The notes beneath the pieces were generated by a model. It was given only the letters and a program-made list of their open reading frames with translations, was not told where the DNA came from and made no database searches. Below are positions 12,585 to 26,684 of a DNA stretch of 64,000 bases, one piece after another. The stretch's first letter is position 1, and each line of letters begins with the position of its first letter. The stretch is from Bilabrum cf. latius. Lineage: Eukaryota. The DNA lies in the NCBI GenBank assembly GCA_965178125.1, contig OZ237754.1, positions 62,001 through 126,000 on the forward strand, read 5' to 3'. Both the position numbers and the translations under genes were made by a program.

Positions 12585-13529
12585 TCAGCCACAACACCCG
12601 CCTGGTTTCCCCCCACTGCTACCTCCCGCTGGGCCCCCGCCGCCCAAATCGACTCGACCCTCAGAGCTGCCCGACCCACTGCCACCCGCTGCCGCACCAC
12701 CCCTCGCGGCCCCTCCCTTCGCCCTGGTCCCCCCAGATCCTGATCCCGCCCCCGCGCCCCCCGCTGCCGCTGCCCTCTTGGCCCCTTTCCTCCGCAGAGC
12801 CGCCTGCGCGAGCCCCAAGAAGGCCTCCGACACGCCGTCTCCCTTCCTCGAGGACGTTTCTCTGAAGCCGGCCGAGGCGCCCAGCGTGCTTGCCAGCGAC
12901 TCCCCAGTGGCTGGGTCTACTGCCTGCGGGTGGGGGCGGGGGAGAGAGGGCAGCAAGCCGAGTGGGAGTCGTCGGCACTTGAACCTGATAGTGGCGCAAC
13001 GCTCGAATGGATCCTCGAGGCAGACGATGTGCGGGACTTACCCGTTCCGATTCGAGGTCACTTTTGTTGCCTACAAGCACAACGTCAACGTCGCTACCGG
13101 CCTTTTCTCGCAAATCCTCCAGCCAGCGTCGGACGCCCTCGAAGCTATCCTATCTTGTGATGTCGTACACTAGAAGTACACCCTGCGAGATGATGTAGTA
13201 GATGGCAATGATATGCTTTACGTCCTTGCGTATTACAAGTCAAACAATTCTCAGGCGTTTCCAAAAGGATTGCTGAGAAGGCTACTAACATCAGCGCCCT
13301 TGAAATAACTTTTGGCCAATGACCTGAACCTCTCCTATCCAGCAGTATCCCAAATTGTTAGCTTGACCTTCGTTCCATCGATATCCACTGTCTTCTGCTT
13401 GAAATCAATTCCAATCGTGCTGGTCATGTTCGGCCGGAACTCCTCGTCGCAAAAACGGTCCACGAGCGAGGTCTTCCCGACAGCGGAGTCCCCCAACATT
13501 AGTAATCGCAAGCTTCTTTTCGCGGCCAT
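12585..13529 (-). CDS. RAB8: Rab GTPase, Rab8/Sec4-like
   Basis: complement(join(12585..12923,13042..13182,13290..13529)). Motifs GDSAVGKT, TIGIDFK, WDTAG[TAG]ERF, GNKSD, ETSS and a C-terminal CCG prenylation motif. TAG at 13335 and 13150; TGA stop. Subfamily assignment is less certain than Rab identity. Confidence 0.9.
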
Positions 13530-13665
13530 TTGGATATATTGCAGCAGGAGTGGTCTAGGACCCGCAGTCAACCGCAGCATTGGGTTGCGTGTAGTTTGCT
13601 CTGCGCGAACGGTGGCCGGTCCACGTCGATAGCAGATCCCAGGTTGAATCAATTGCCATGACCGA

Positions 13666-14586
13666 ATGCCGAGTCTAAAGCGAACATAGCTACTCTACGA
13701 GTAGCTTGCTAAGCTGGAGCCTGAACAGCTCAAGGATCAGGTCGTCCGCGATGAGTTGCAGTTGTTGCTGCAAACCAAGGCGGTACCAATCAAAACGCAG
13801 AAACTGGTTTCCTTGACCGATCAGCTCTTTGCTGGGTTGCTTGAATGTGTGCGTAGGACAGCTGATGAGTCTGAGCGAGACAGGATCCTGTACAAGCTGC
13901 AACAGCATCTCGTGTTTGGTGGAGTGGCATCCAGCCACATTAATCCGACCCCCCAGAAGAGAGCTGCGGCGACGAGGGAGAACACACGACCTGATATGTC
14001 GTTTTCTGCCATAATGCGTGACGGCGGTGCCGCCCTACACCTTGGTGCTGGCATTGTCTCCGGCGCCCTGCTCGGCTACTTTGGTGCTTACGTGATTTTC
14101 GCCAAAGACATCATGACTGGCAACGGTGCCTGGCCTACACGAGCTGTATGGACTGCGATTGCCATTGCTGCCCTTGTGGTTGCGCTTGATCTCGGCCTCA
14201 TTCTCACGCGGGTGTGCCGCAGCTCCATCCCGTCCCAGCGCAAGCGGCTGGCTATGCCGCCCGCGGCGAGGCACGGCGCCGCGGGGATCGGGCCATTCAC
14301 GGACCCGAAGCTACCTGCTAGGAAGATGCACCCAATGCCATCAAGCCCTGGCTCTGACCCACCGCAAGCCACCACCGGGGATTAGGGCACCGACGGCGAA
14401 GTGGAAAGGGACGAGGGTGTAGCGAGGGAGGCTGGCAGGAGCGAGCGAGGCCCCTCCAGGTCTAGGTCTAGCAGCACCACCAGTGGACACAAAGAGGAGG
14501 AGGAGGAGAGGAAGAGGCGAGGCTGTGGCCAGGTCCGCAGACGCAGACAGGCGCGCAAGGAAGAGGAGGAGGGGAAGACTCAATGA
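13666..14586 (+). CDS. Two-TM membrane protein, possibly Vma12/TMEM199-like V-ATPase assembly factor
   Basis: ATG at 13666, three in-frame TAG, TGA at 14584. Two hydrophobic segments follow a soluble N-terminus; ends GKTQ. The family call rests on topology only. Confidence 0.5.
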
Positions 14587-14672
14587 ATGACAACGGGCTG
14601 GACGTGACAATTTGGCCATGGTGTCCTATAGCTAGTGGACCGGAACCATACCCCAGAATATCCCTGTGCATT

Positions 14673-15807
14673 TCAGCTGCTCTCGGTCGCTTTCTCGACC
14701 CCTGCCACCTCCTCTTTCTTGCCCTTGCCTCCTTCCTCGCCCGGTGTGACGAGCGACTTGGCCCCCAGACATCCCCTGAGGAAGCGTGCCACATCCGCTA
14801 GCTCCTCCTCGTTGGCGCTGTGCTGCAGCCCTTTGTACCACTTGAACTGCACCGTGCCCTCCCCAGGGCTGACCCCCGCTGCCTCCCCCTTCGCGTCCCC
14901 GTCCGCCTTCACCTCCGCTGTGCCTGGCATCGTGCTCGCCTCTGCCGCAACCGACTTTGCGACTTTTTCCCTCGTCCACTGGCCTGAACCCCCTCCGCAC
15001 CGCGTGTCCCAGAGCGTCCTGCCCCCATGCAGGCCGCACCACGGGGTCTGCGTCGCCGTGGAAAAAGGCCAGAGGGGTCCCTGCTGCCGCCCCCGACAGC
15101 TCTTCCGGTACCTTGCCCGGCACTGGGAGGTACCCGGACAGCACTGCGCAGCCTGCCAGGGCCTCCCCCGCGCCTCCCGTGGCTCGCAGCGCTGTGCTGA
15201 GCGATAGGGCCCCGCCCTGCGAGAACCCCATGAGAACGATCCGCCCTCTCGGGATTCCCGCCGCTACTTCGTCTGCAATCAACGATTCGATGAACTCCAC
15301 GTTTTCGTCAAGTCCTGGACATGTCTCCTTGGAGCGGTCGCCGTCGAGTGTGCTCAGGTCGTACCACGCAGGCATCGGCATGCCGCCATTTAGGGTCACT
15401 GGGACCGTCGGAGCCGTAGGAAGAACAAATCGGACGTCGGGAAGCTTTGGCGCTAGCATCATTGCGGCGTCTGCCCAGCCCATTGCGGTATCGCCCAGGC
15501 CGTGCGAGAGGATGACCGTGCCCTGCGGCGCATCCACACCGAGTTGACCAAGCGTCTCTTCTGAAGGCTGAAACGCCAACATCTTGCGCCTGCCAGTGGC
15601 ATCTAAGTCTGTTGCCATAGCTACATGCGGAAATCCTGGCGGCATTCGGAGAGGCGTCCACTTGCGTTCGGTCGTGCTAGTTGCTGCTGCGCTTGCCATG
15701 GTGGCAAGAGCTAGGGCAGCCCGTGAAGCGAATGGGTGAGTAAACAACCTACTATTGGTTATTCTCCTCGCGCTTTGCGCGATTCGTCTCGAGTTTCCAA
15801 GCCGCAT
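14673..15807 (-). CDS. Acyl-protein thioesterase/lysophospholipase (phospholipase/carboxylesterase family) with a 1-nt frame break near 14964-14971
   Basis: HGLGDT, PVTLNGGMPMPAWYD, GFSQGG and FHGDADPVV lie in one frame. The catalytic His segment (WYKGLQHSA) lies in the next frame (track ORF 14673-14930), which ends TGA. Confidence 0.85.
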
Positions 15808-15905
15808 TCAGTATGCTCTTTTGCGGCAACTAACAATCTTCTTCTTTGCAATTTGCAGCACCACAAGATTGAGTGGTGGAAGGTGGAGCAAACGCTTTAA
15901 GATCA

Positions 15906-16739
15906 TTATCGTCCACGACCCCTTCCGCCACCCCGTCCTCGTCCGCCGCCGCGACCCCTGCCTCCCCCACGACCTCGGCCCCTGCCCCTGCCACTGCCTC
16001 CTCTGCCCCTGCCACCGTCGCCGAACCTGCCTGGCACCCGCAGTACCCCACCTCGGACCGGTGCTGAGTCCAGATCCAATGTACCCCCCGCAGCCCTAGT
16101 CTTTCGCCTGCGCTAAGCCATGTCGAAGGCCTTGGAGCGAACCTTGCCCAGCGCGAATGAGGCCCCCGACCTGCTGCGGCTGTGCACCCTGTCCTCCTCC
16201 CTCTCCTTTTCCTTCCTCTTCTTTTCTTGCTCCTGCTGCTTTTTCTTCACGCCGAAAAACATCTTGAGAGGCATTTTTACCTTGTGTTGTACGATTGCAC
16301 CGGCCCTGGACCGCTCCTTCGCCTTCCATATTTCCTTGTCACGGCCTTCCAGTTCTTCGACGCCAAGCTGCATGGCCTCACGCTGAAACTCAATGAACTT
16401 TTTTCGCCTTTCATAGGTGTCTCCATCCTCAGCTAATTCGGCTTTTCTACCCTATCGCTTTCTAGTGTCTTTCCTGGTGCCCCCAGAGCCAGCCTCGCTG
16501 TCGCTTCCGCTTCCGGCGGGCTCATCGTCCTAATTCGCAACCTTACGTTTTTTCTTTATTTGTTCAGCCGCGGCACTAGCACCACCGGCCATTCCCACGC
16601 CCGAGTAGTCCACTTCAACTATTTTGCCGGCAGTCGCATCGTTCTCGACAACCTGTGCTCTCTTGCGCTTCTTGGCCCTTCTTTTCGGAATGAACCCCTT
16701 TGGATCGTCGGATAGTGCATGTCTTGACTGCGAGAGCAT
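15906..16739 (-). CDS. Basic nucleolar-type protein, possibly FAF1/DUF4602-like SSU processome factor, with RGG tail
   Basis: Track ORFs 16530-16742 and 16113-16373 join through TAG at 16530, 16452 and 16113. Contains KVKMPLKMFFGVKKKQ, GGVLRV and RGG repeats; ends TAA (15906) directly followed by TGA. Confidence 0.65.
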
Positions 16740-16874
16740 CAAACCCGACCGTCACGCTATGGAAACGACTGTGCAACGCCGGTTGACTTGCAGTTGCACT
16801 TTCGTTCCTTGCGCGAAGGTTCGTTTCAACTACCAGCCCCTTGATCCGATCAACGGAGGGGCTGTGCCCGGCAG

Positions 16875-19019
16875 TCAGTGTTCTGCCCCTCCTCCCCCTG
16901 CCTGCACTCCTGCGTAGTACCCGCTCACCATGGCAGCCACGATCCCGCGGAATGCGCCGGCCGCATCCCCTGCGACCAGCAGGTCGGGGCCCCCCTCAGG
17001 CTGCCCCTTCGCCTGCCTGCCGTCGTCACCCTCTGATCCACGGGAGCCCCCCGGCCCCGCACCGACCTAGGTCATCTCCTCCATGCACCACAGGCTACCT
17101 CTCTCTCGCCCGTCCAGATCAGGATACCACCCCACGCCTTCCAGCGTGGGCAGCGCCAGACCCAGCAAGTTGCCCTCCGATTCATGCCCCCCTTCTGCAC
17201 CCGCTGCACCCCCATCTTCGCCCCCAACTTCCTTGGCAGAAGCACCAACTAAACTTCCCCCTGCCTCCTCCTGTCCCTCCCAGCGCATCAAGCCACCGAC
17301 TGTTCCCCCGCCTGCCCCTGCCTCCTCCAGCAGCGCCAGTCCCAAGCGCAGCAGCCCGGCCCCGTGGCCCCCGTATTCCTCCTCGATCCTGGGGTCGAAT
17401 GGGCTACGGGCATAGACCGCCCTGTGCTCGTGGCTACTCGAGCCATGGAACATCCGCATATCGTGGGCCACAGCTCGGGCCATGCTGTGGTCCAGCACCC
17501 TCACGTTGAAGCCCATGTTGTGCAGCACGCCGCCTCCTGCTGACACCCCTGTGGAGACCGTTTCCTGCCCTCCTACGACTGGCTCGAACTTCGCTCGCAG
17601 CTCCTCCGCAGCCCGCAGACTCCCTTCCTCCGACAGATCCCCCCGCCCACTCAGCAGCAGCGAGCCGCCGCCCACATCCGCCTCCACCACATCCCCCGCC
17701 CTGCAGAAGCAAAAGGTGCGCCATTCCACCCAGCCCTCGTGCAGCACCCGGGCTGCTGGGTCTGCACCAGCACTTGCACCTGCACCTGCATCACTTCCAC
17801 CTCCATGGCCACCGCTATCGCCAGCTAGCTCCACAACGCCGCCGGCCAGCAGCCGCACCCGCCGCCGAAGCACCAGTTTCGGATCCAGCTGGTGCGACTC
17901 GAGAGCGGCGAACAGCGGGGCGCTGGGGGGACCCACCACCCGCGCCCCGTACTCCAGCCGGCGAAACTAGGACCGGAGCCTGAGTCCAGAGGGAGAGCCG
18001 TCGAGGTCATGATCACCATCTGCCACGTCTCTCGCGCGTGCTTGCAGTGGCGATCCAGTGCCTTTCGCTGCCTCACCTCTCAGCATGGCTGTGCCAGCAC
18101 CCGGGGAAGGCCCCCTTGCGATGTCCTGAACCGAATCACTCTGCATCGGCCAGCATCTGCCGCCCGCGAGGATCACCCGATTGCAGCGGAGTGTGACAAG
18201 CGGTTCCAACGCCTAACTCGCACCACCACCACAACCGCTGGCGCTTCTACTAGCAGTGGTGACTCCCTCCGAGTCTATCCTCTCCGCGCTGGAATCGAGA
18301 ACTGGTCGAACCGGCACCTCCCAGCCCCTGCCACCGTCCAGGCACCGCCGAGGAGTCCCCGCCCAGGCCCCGGTGAAGATCCAACCGTGGGGAGCTGCCG
18401 ACACTGGCAGAGCGAGCGGGTCGCTTGGCTGGTCTCCGCTTCGTCGGGACGCTGCCGATTCCACTGTCCTCAAATGCTCGCGCAGCTGCTGCACCCCTTG
18501 CTGCGAGAGAGGCCCCGTCGGCCCGATCTCGTCGCAGAGGCGCTGCACCATGGCCTCGCGCCCCTCCTGCCCGATGTAGATGCTCGGATAACGCTTCAGC
18601 TTCCACGACCCGATATTGGCCGCATCGGGGGCAGTAGAACTAGCGAGACATTTAGTCGGCTTCAAAGCAGCTTCGGGGAAATCCGGAACCGCCGAGGCAT
18701 CGTCCGCATACGTTCGCAAGACCCCAGCTACCCAGCCGTAGCTTCGACGGAGGATTCCGCTCTGACTGAGATTCCACAGCTCCGTGGCAGATGGGAAGAA
18801 GCTAAACTTTCCATCGCTCCACGCTCCTGCACCACCGCATCCCGAAACTGAATCAGATGGACGGTCGCGAGAGCGTTCTCGAAGGGCTGGACCTGCCTCC
18901 AGCACCACGACGCTAGATGAACCCGATTCCAAAGCACCATGCGCCGCAGCCAGCCCCGCAGGCCCCGCACCTACTACGACAACATCAGATTTGATAATTT
19001 GTCCCGCCTGATTCCACAA
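16875..19019 (-). CDS. FAD-dependent oxidoreductase (start uncertain; in-frame ATG at 19091 or an upstream exon)
   Basis: VVVVGAGPAGLAAA, GCGGAGAWSDGK, VILAGGR and C-terminal LVAGDAAGAFRGIVAAMVSG. Joined through TAG at 18213, 17967 and 17067; TGA at 16875. Confidence 0.85.
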
Positions 19020-19317
19020 AAGGCGCCTAGGGAGACACCAACGGAAGGGCGTAGTCTAGCGACGCCAAGCTCCCCCATAAATGGCAATCATTGCGGGGAC
19101 ATGCCGCACAAAGGAGCCCTTCATATGCTTAGCTTCGGTTGTCAAACGCTTAGTTGACCTTCATACTGATATAGTACGAAGATGGATATGATGGACCCAT
19201 GTCAGGTTGCATTCAAGCATCTTCATCTTCACTGTGTGACAGATTCAATAATGAAGATGAAGCACGTTTCTGGAACATCAGCGCAATATCATACTTTGCT
19301 CTCTGCTCCTTTACAGA

Positions 19318-21021
<1,704 letters not shown>

Positions 21022-21148
21022 ATCGGTGACCGAGACCCGGAACCTCCAAAACCGGAACAATCTGCGGATTCGCAAAATTTCAGCTATAGGTCGGTATTAC
21101 TGCGGTTCCCGTTGCGTTTCGCCGTTGGATGTGTGATTTGTGCTAACA

Positions 21149-24100
21149 ATGAACAGCTTGGCAGGAACCCGTGCAGCCTCTCGATGGTTGCGGTCGCACA
21201 CGCGCCTGTTTCACACCATGCAACGGAGGCATCGTTCAACTCAAGCCTTCACGGCAGCCCAGCAAGCGATTCGCTCGGGGTTTATGAAGTTGGTTGATTC
21301 AGGTGGTGACGTTACCCTGGACTCGACTACCAGCTAGCCGTCCATTGCAGTGATGGACACTTCGTGCAATCCGCCTACGCTTTGCCACGAGGCCATGCTG
21401 CTGAGAGCTTTCGACAAGGTAGGCGCACGCGCTGGAGTCATTTTAGTTAGTAGCTCAAATGCCGATAAGGCATCTGCGGCTGGTCATGGCTCTACTCTAG
21501 CGAAACGGCTGGGCCTAGCGCACGCAGCGGCCTCCAGCGTCATGCGGCAGGAAGCCTCGAGGAAGGTTGCTTGCGCTGTGACCGACACCCCGCTGTTTGT
21601 CGACAAAGCAAAGATGCTAAGAAGGGCGCTGCAACCAGGACAAGAAGCAATGTTTCTCTTGGGTGCCGACACGGTCCGCAGGCTGCTGGACCCCTGCTAC
21701 TACGTCGTGAGGGCTCGCAGCGGAGAGGTGGCTGCCGCTGGCAGTGGCAGTAGCAATATCACTGGAAGTGGTGGTCGATCCCTGGTTGGAGCATCGAGTC
21801 TGGCGCACGGAGGGTGCTGCGGGTGCAAGTCCGGCGCATTGCACGCCCGCTCCCGTGTGGACGGTGCATGTGGCAGCCCAGCTGCTGCCGGCAGCCTGCA
21901 CCACGGCCTCGGCGGAGGGGCGGCGCTCCGGGAAGCCGTTGAGGAGCGTGATCTGGCGCTTGAGGAGATGCTGTTTGGAGGGGGGGTTGGCCATGGTGCT
22001 GCGCCCACTGGCAGCGATGGACCTGCCTCCAGTGCAGCAGAGGACTGGGGGTCGGTAGCATCGGCATCGACTGGGGCTGGGACTGGGGTGCGCATTCGTC
22101 TCGTGTGCTTCGAGAGACCCACTGGACCAAATGTTGATGGTGTGACGACTGATCACTTGGATTAGCTCCTTGGTGCGACCAAGCCCCCATCCGCTGACAG
22201 TGCAGCCACAGCCTCGGATGAGGTGCAGATGCAGATGCAAATGTACGCGCCCCTCCCAGCTCGTTTGGCGGGCCAGGTAACCAGGTTGAGGCAGCTCTTC
22301 CTGCGGGAGGACGCGGAATCACCGTTGCTACGGGAGGGGCGCCAAAGAAACGCGGCGGTTCCGCCTTGGGAGGACCTGCCCTGGCTGCAGCGCGTGTGGC
22401 TGGGCCTGGAGCCGGGCAGGGGGCTCTCCTCCACACAGGCCAGGATGGACATCGCCGCGTGGATGGGGGGGCAAAGCGCGGGCTAGAGGGACGAACGGGT
22501 AGAGGATGGGGAGGAGGTGGGAGCGCTGTACCCTGGGGAATACGAGGGCCATGCCAGCCCCTGTCTATCCCCGGAAGTGGACGAGGCCGCACGCCGCTCC
22601 GGCTTGTACGCAGAGACAGACCCAGGTGGACACCGGATGGTGGACAGTGGTGAATAGGCCAAGAGGTTCGACTGGCGATCCGTGGGCTGGGCTGCCTTGG
22701 GTGTGTGCGCATCAGCTGTGCTGCTGCACCTGTGGAAGGGCACTGGGCAAAGCCGAGGGTAGGGCTCAATCCAGTGCCAGGAGGCTAGTCGGCAGCACCA
22801 ATAGAGCCCCTATACCGAACCCAGCCATGACGAGCGCAGCCCCAGCCCCAGCCCCAGCCCCAGCCCCAGCCCCAGCCCCAGCCCCAGCCCCAGCCCCAGC
22901 CCCAGCCCCAGTTCAGCCACGGCATGGTACTCAGCCCACCGCCGCATGCACCGCGGGCGCGAGGAGGGCCGCCCCCGCGCGGGGTACTTGGACGAGGCAC
23001 AGCGAGTGCTGGCCTCTCCGGTCCCTAGGGCGCGGCTGGACCAGCTGGGGGCCATGGTGGGGAGGTGGGCTGCTGGCGCTCGCTGTGTGCCCGCGTCCGA
23101 TCGGTCTACAGAGGACACGGTGCGCTTGTGGGAATGGCCGCGTCCTGACAGCGAAAGGCCGGTGGTAGGGAGTATTCCAGTCGCTGATCCGGCCTTGAGG
23201 GAGGGCGAGGTGCCCAGTCTTCTCAATGGCATCAGTCTGCGGGTATTTGACAGCAGAAGTGCAGCCTAGGTGGAACAAACAGCTGGGATCACGCGCAGTA
23301 TCACAGTGCCTGCCAGTCGCGACGATGTGGATCAGCTCAATCCCGCGCTGCTGGCGGGCCTGCTGCGCGCACATGAGGCCAACGAGCTACGCGAATGGCT
23401 GATGGGGGCAATGAGCACAAGTGCACGAGGGCCTCCCATGGGGGCAATGAGCACAAGTGCACGAGGGCCTCCCATGGGGGCAATGAGCACAAGTGCACGA
23501 GGGCCTCCCATGGGGGCAATGAGCACAAGTGCACGAGGGCCTCCCATGGGGGCAATGAGCACAAGTGCACGAGGGCCTCCCATGGGGGCAATGAGCACAA
23601 GTGCACGAGGGCCTCCCATGGGGCCACGAGACTCGGCGAAGGGCGGGCCCCCGGGCTGGGGATATCACACGCAGGGCAGGCGCCAGCTCGCCTTTGAGAG
23701 CCCTTAGCTGTCGGCCGAGCTGTGGCACAGGGTGACGGCTTAGTCTGGCTCCGGGCTGTTCCCTCGCAGGGTGTGGATGGGGGGCCGTCGGTGGAGGGTG
23801 GCGGGGCTGGGCACGGGTTGGAGGGCCGTGTGGTACGGACAGGGCGCTCGTCACACCTGGCACTGCGACGAGGCTGTGATCGGTGGTGGGCCGAATCCCT
23901 GCCGCTTCGTCCAGCCTCGCGCTGCCAACGGGGGCCCGCCGTCGGACGGTGCTTGCACCAGGGACCATGGCAGCGGGGACACACGCATCACGGTGCGGTC
24001 CACAGAAGGGGGCCTCAGGCACGTCTCGTGCTGCACACTCATGCTGTATCTAACCGCACCTGCGTGCGATGCATCTGGGGGACAAGGCAGCACCAGCTCG

Positions 24101-24685
24101 ACTGCGTTTCGTGGAGGCCAGCTCGTATGGCTGCAGCCAGGCAGCCCGGTGCCGCAGCCGTCCAGCGAGACGCCGAACTGCAAGGCCTAGCAGCAGCCAT
24201 AGCACACACGCCATGCGCTCGGCGTCCTACCCCGCTTGGGGGACGCCGCACTCGTCACATACGACACCCCTCACGCGAGCCTGCCGCAAGCCCCGGCCAG
24301 CACTGGAGGCAGCGAAAGGCCCGGACCGATGAGCGCAGGGCTCGAGGGAGGACAAACCGGCGAGCCAAACTCGTCGTGCTAGCTGGCAGGGAAGGTCATT
24401 CTCCGCGGGGATGTGTGGCTGGAGCGAGAGGAGGGCGAGGCAGACGTGGAAGACGGACGCGGGTCGATTGAGGCTTGCAGCCGTGCGGTGGAGCTGTACC
24501 ACAAAGCGCGCCAATACCGAGCATCTGGGCGATGGAAGGATGCCGATACTATGTTCGCAGAGGCCCTCAGGGGCTCCGAGGCCCCCCAGGCAGGGATGGG
24601 TGCGGCGGAGGCCAATTGCCAGTGGCTGCGGGTACTCCGCGAGTAGCCTTCATATGAGCCAAATCAAAGTAAATCCTCGATCTAA
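21149..24685 (+). CDS. POF1-like nucleotidyltransferase (NMNAT) fused to a 2OG-Fe(II) oxygenase domain, with putative mitochondrial presequence (~1,178 aa)
   Basis: Single frame with about 13 TAG and no TAA/TGA until TAA 24683. N-terminal part: MDTSCNPPTLCH, SNADK, PLFVDKAK, LGADTVRRLLDPCYY. C-terminal part: WRAVWYGQG..WHCD, TLMLYL, FRGGQL, PHAS, KVILRGDV. Confidence 0.7.
22837..22908 (+). repeat. (CAGCCC)x12 microsatellite encoding a Ser-Pro tract
   Basis: Direct read; in frame as AGC CCC. Confidence 0.95.
23402..23617 (+). repeat. 36-bp coding minisatellite x6 (MGAMSTSARGPP)
   Basis: ATGGGGGCAATGAGCACAAGTGCACGAGGGCCTCCC, six identical copies. Confidence 0.97.
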
Positions 24686-24849
24686 ATGCTTAATAGATCA
24701 ATGAATGGGCGTGAGTGTCTTTTTGGCAGCAATATTACACCTGTGGTGCCCAGGTCAAACCAGCATCGATCGGAGCCACGGCGGGGCAGCAGTTTCCGTT
24801 CCGTCGTGGCGGAACTTTTCTGCATTCAATACGAGGAATTTCACCAACA

Positions 24850-26426
24850 ATGGCTGACTCTGAGCTTCAGGAAGTATTTTTGTCATTCATAAGCTTCGGT
24901 AAGACGCGCTTTGGTATGCTGTAAGACCCTTGAAGGCCAGAAATCTCGCTAAGTGTTGCTATGTCGTTGACTTCCTCCAACCGATTTTCTCGCCATAAAC
25001 CCGCGCAGGCGACCGATCCGGCAAGGCCGAGATGGATAATGTCAAATTTGCAAAGCTGTGCAGGGAGACTGGTGTCGTAGATCGTCGCCGAGTCACACCA
25101 ACGGATGTGGACCTGACCTTCACAAAGGTCAAGCCCAAGGGGCAGCGCAAGATCACATTCATGGAGTTCTTGCTAGCGCTGCAGCAACTGTCAGCTAAAC
25201 GATATCCTAAAACGGCCGCAGAGGATGCATACTTGAAGCTAAGGGCCCTTGTGCTTGAAAAAGGGGCCCCGAAAGAGTCGGGCACCTCGAAGGCTGAAAC
25301 AGGCGGGATCTACGACAAGCTCACCGATGCGAGCCTCTACACGGGTGCCCACAAGGAACGATTTGACGGCGGCGGGAGGGGCCGCGGTCTTGCAGGGCGC
25401 GACTCCGTTGGCAAGGGAAAGGGGTACGTCCGCGGGGCCGGCGGCGGTGCGGTGCACGACTTGTCGCAGATCACGCGGCCGCACCTCAGCACTGGAGCCA
25501 CAGACAGGCGAGCCGCAGGAGCGGGAGCGCGCAGCCCTCGCTCTGGCCGAATGGGCGGGCTGGGCGGGGCCTCGCCCGGTAGCTCTGGTCCGCGGAGGGC
25601 GGCCCCCGGCAGTCACCGCACTGGGGGTGCTGGGGGTGCTGGGGCTGGCTTGCGCTCCCCTGCGGCGGCCAGGGCCCGGGAGACGAGGGAGTACGCCGGC
25701 AGCAGCGCGGCGGGCGGCTCGTACGCGGCCCGGGCGTCACCCGCGGGCGCCTCCGCCGGGGGGCGCGGGGCTGGCAGCAGCAGCTCGGTGACGTCAGCGG
25801 CACTGGCCAGGGCCAGGGCGGAGGATTCGCGGGGGGCGGGGGGTGCCCATCCTGGGGAGATGACCCCGGGCAAGATCAGGGAGCAGCAGGAGCAGGTGCG
25901 GTCCGTGTTCCACTCGTACGCTCGCTTCGGGGCGGGTGCCACTGCCCGCGGTGCGACGATCGATGGGGCCAAGTTCGCCAAGCTGTGCAAGGAGACGGGC
26001 GTGGTGGGCGGGCGGTGCTCCGCAACGGATGTGGACCTGGCGTTCACCAAGGCCAAGCGCAAGGGGGAGCGGAGGCTAACGTTCGAGCAGTTCTACACCC
26101 GCGCGCTGCCTGAGCTGGCCGGCAAGCGCTTCCAGGGCATGGACCCGGCAGAGGCCTCGAAGGAGATCCTGGGCCTCGTGGCATCGGCGGCCGATGAGGG
26201 GCCCAAGACCTCCGGGGCATCCAAGGCAGAGACGGGGGGAATCTACGCCAAGCTCACCGATGCGAGCCTCTACACGGGTGCCCACAAGGAGCGATTTGAT
26301 CGCGGCGGGAGGGGCCGCGGGCTGGCGGGGAGGGACTCGGTGGGCAAGGGAGGGGGGTATGTGAGGGGAGCAGGCGGGGGGGCCGTGCACGACTTGTCCC
26401 AGATCACGCGGCCCCACCTCGGCTGA
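24850..26426 (+). CDS. TPPP: TPPP/p25-alpha family protein with two tandem p25-alpha domains
   Basis: join(24850..24898,25009..26426); an alternative donor about 15 nt downstream is possible. Two copies of KFAKLC.ETGV..TDVDL.FTK.K..LTDASLYTGAHKERFD.GGRGRGLAGRD; TGA stop. Confidence 0.92.
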
Positions 26427-26684
26427 TTCCTGCCGTAGTGAGATCATGGGGAGTACTCTGTGGCCCAGGTGTGACCAGGGGCGGGGGAATAGGCGCGGCT
26501 TGCGTGCGTGCAACCCCAACAGGACTTCCGTGTGATTCGGTCGGTCTGTTAAGGGTTCAAGCACCAGGCTCTCGCTGCCTGCCTTCGCGTTGATTGTAAA
26601 AGTGCTTGTAGAGGGTTATAGTGCTGTATAATCACTGGATTGCCTCGACTATAGCATTGTCTCGGGCAGCCAAACACTCGCGAC

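Noticed and set aside
24686-24892. Extension of the fusion protein through TAA 24683
   Set aside because: The downstream sequence is AT-richer, lacks coding character and overlaps the TPPP start in another frame.
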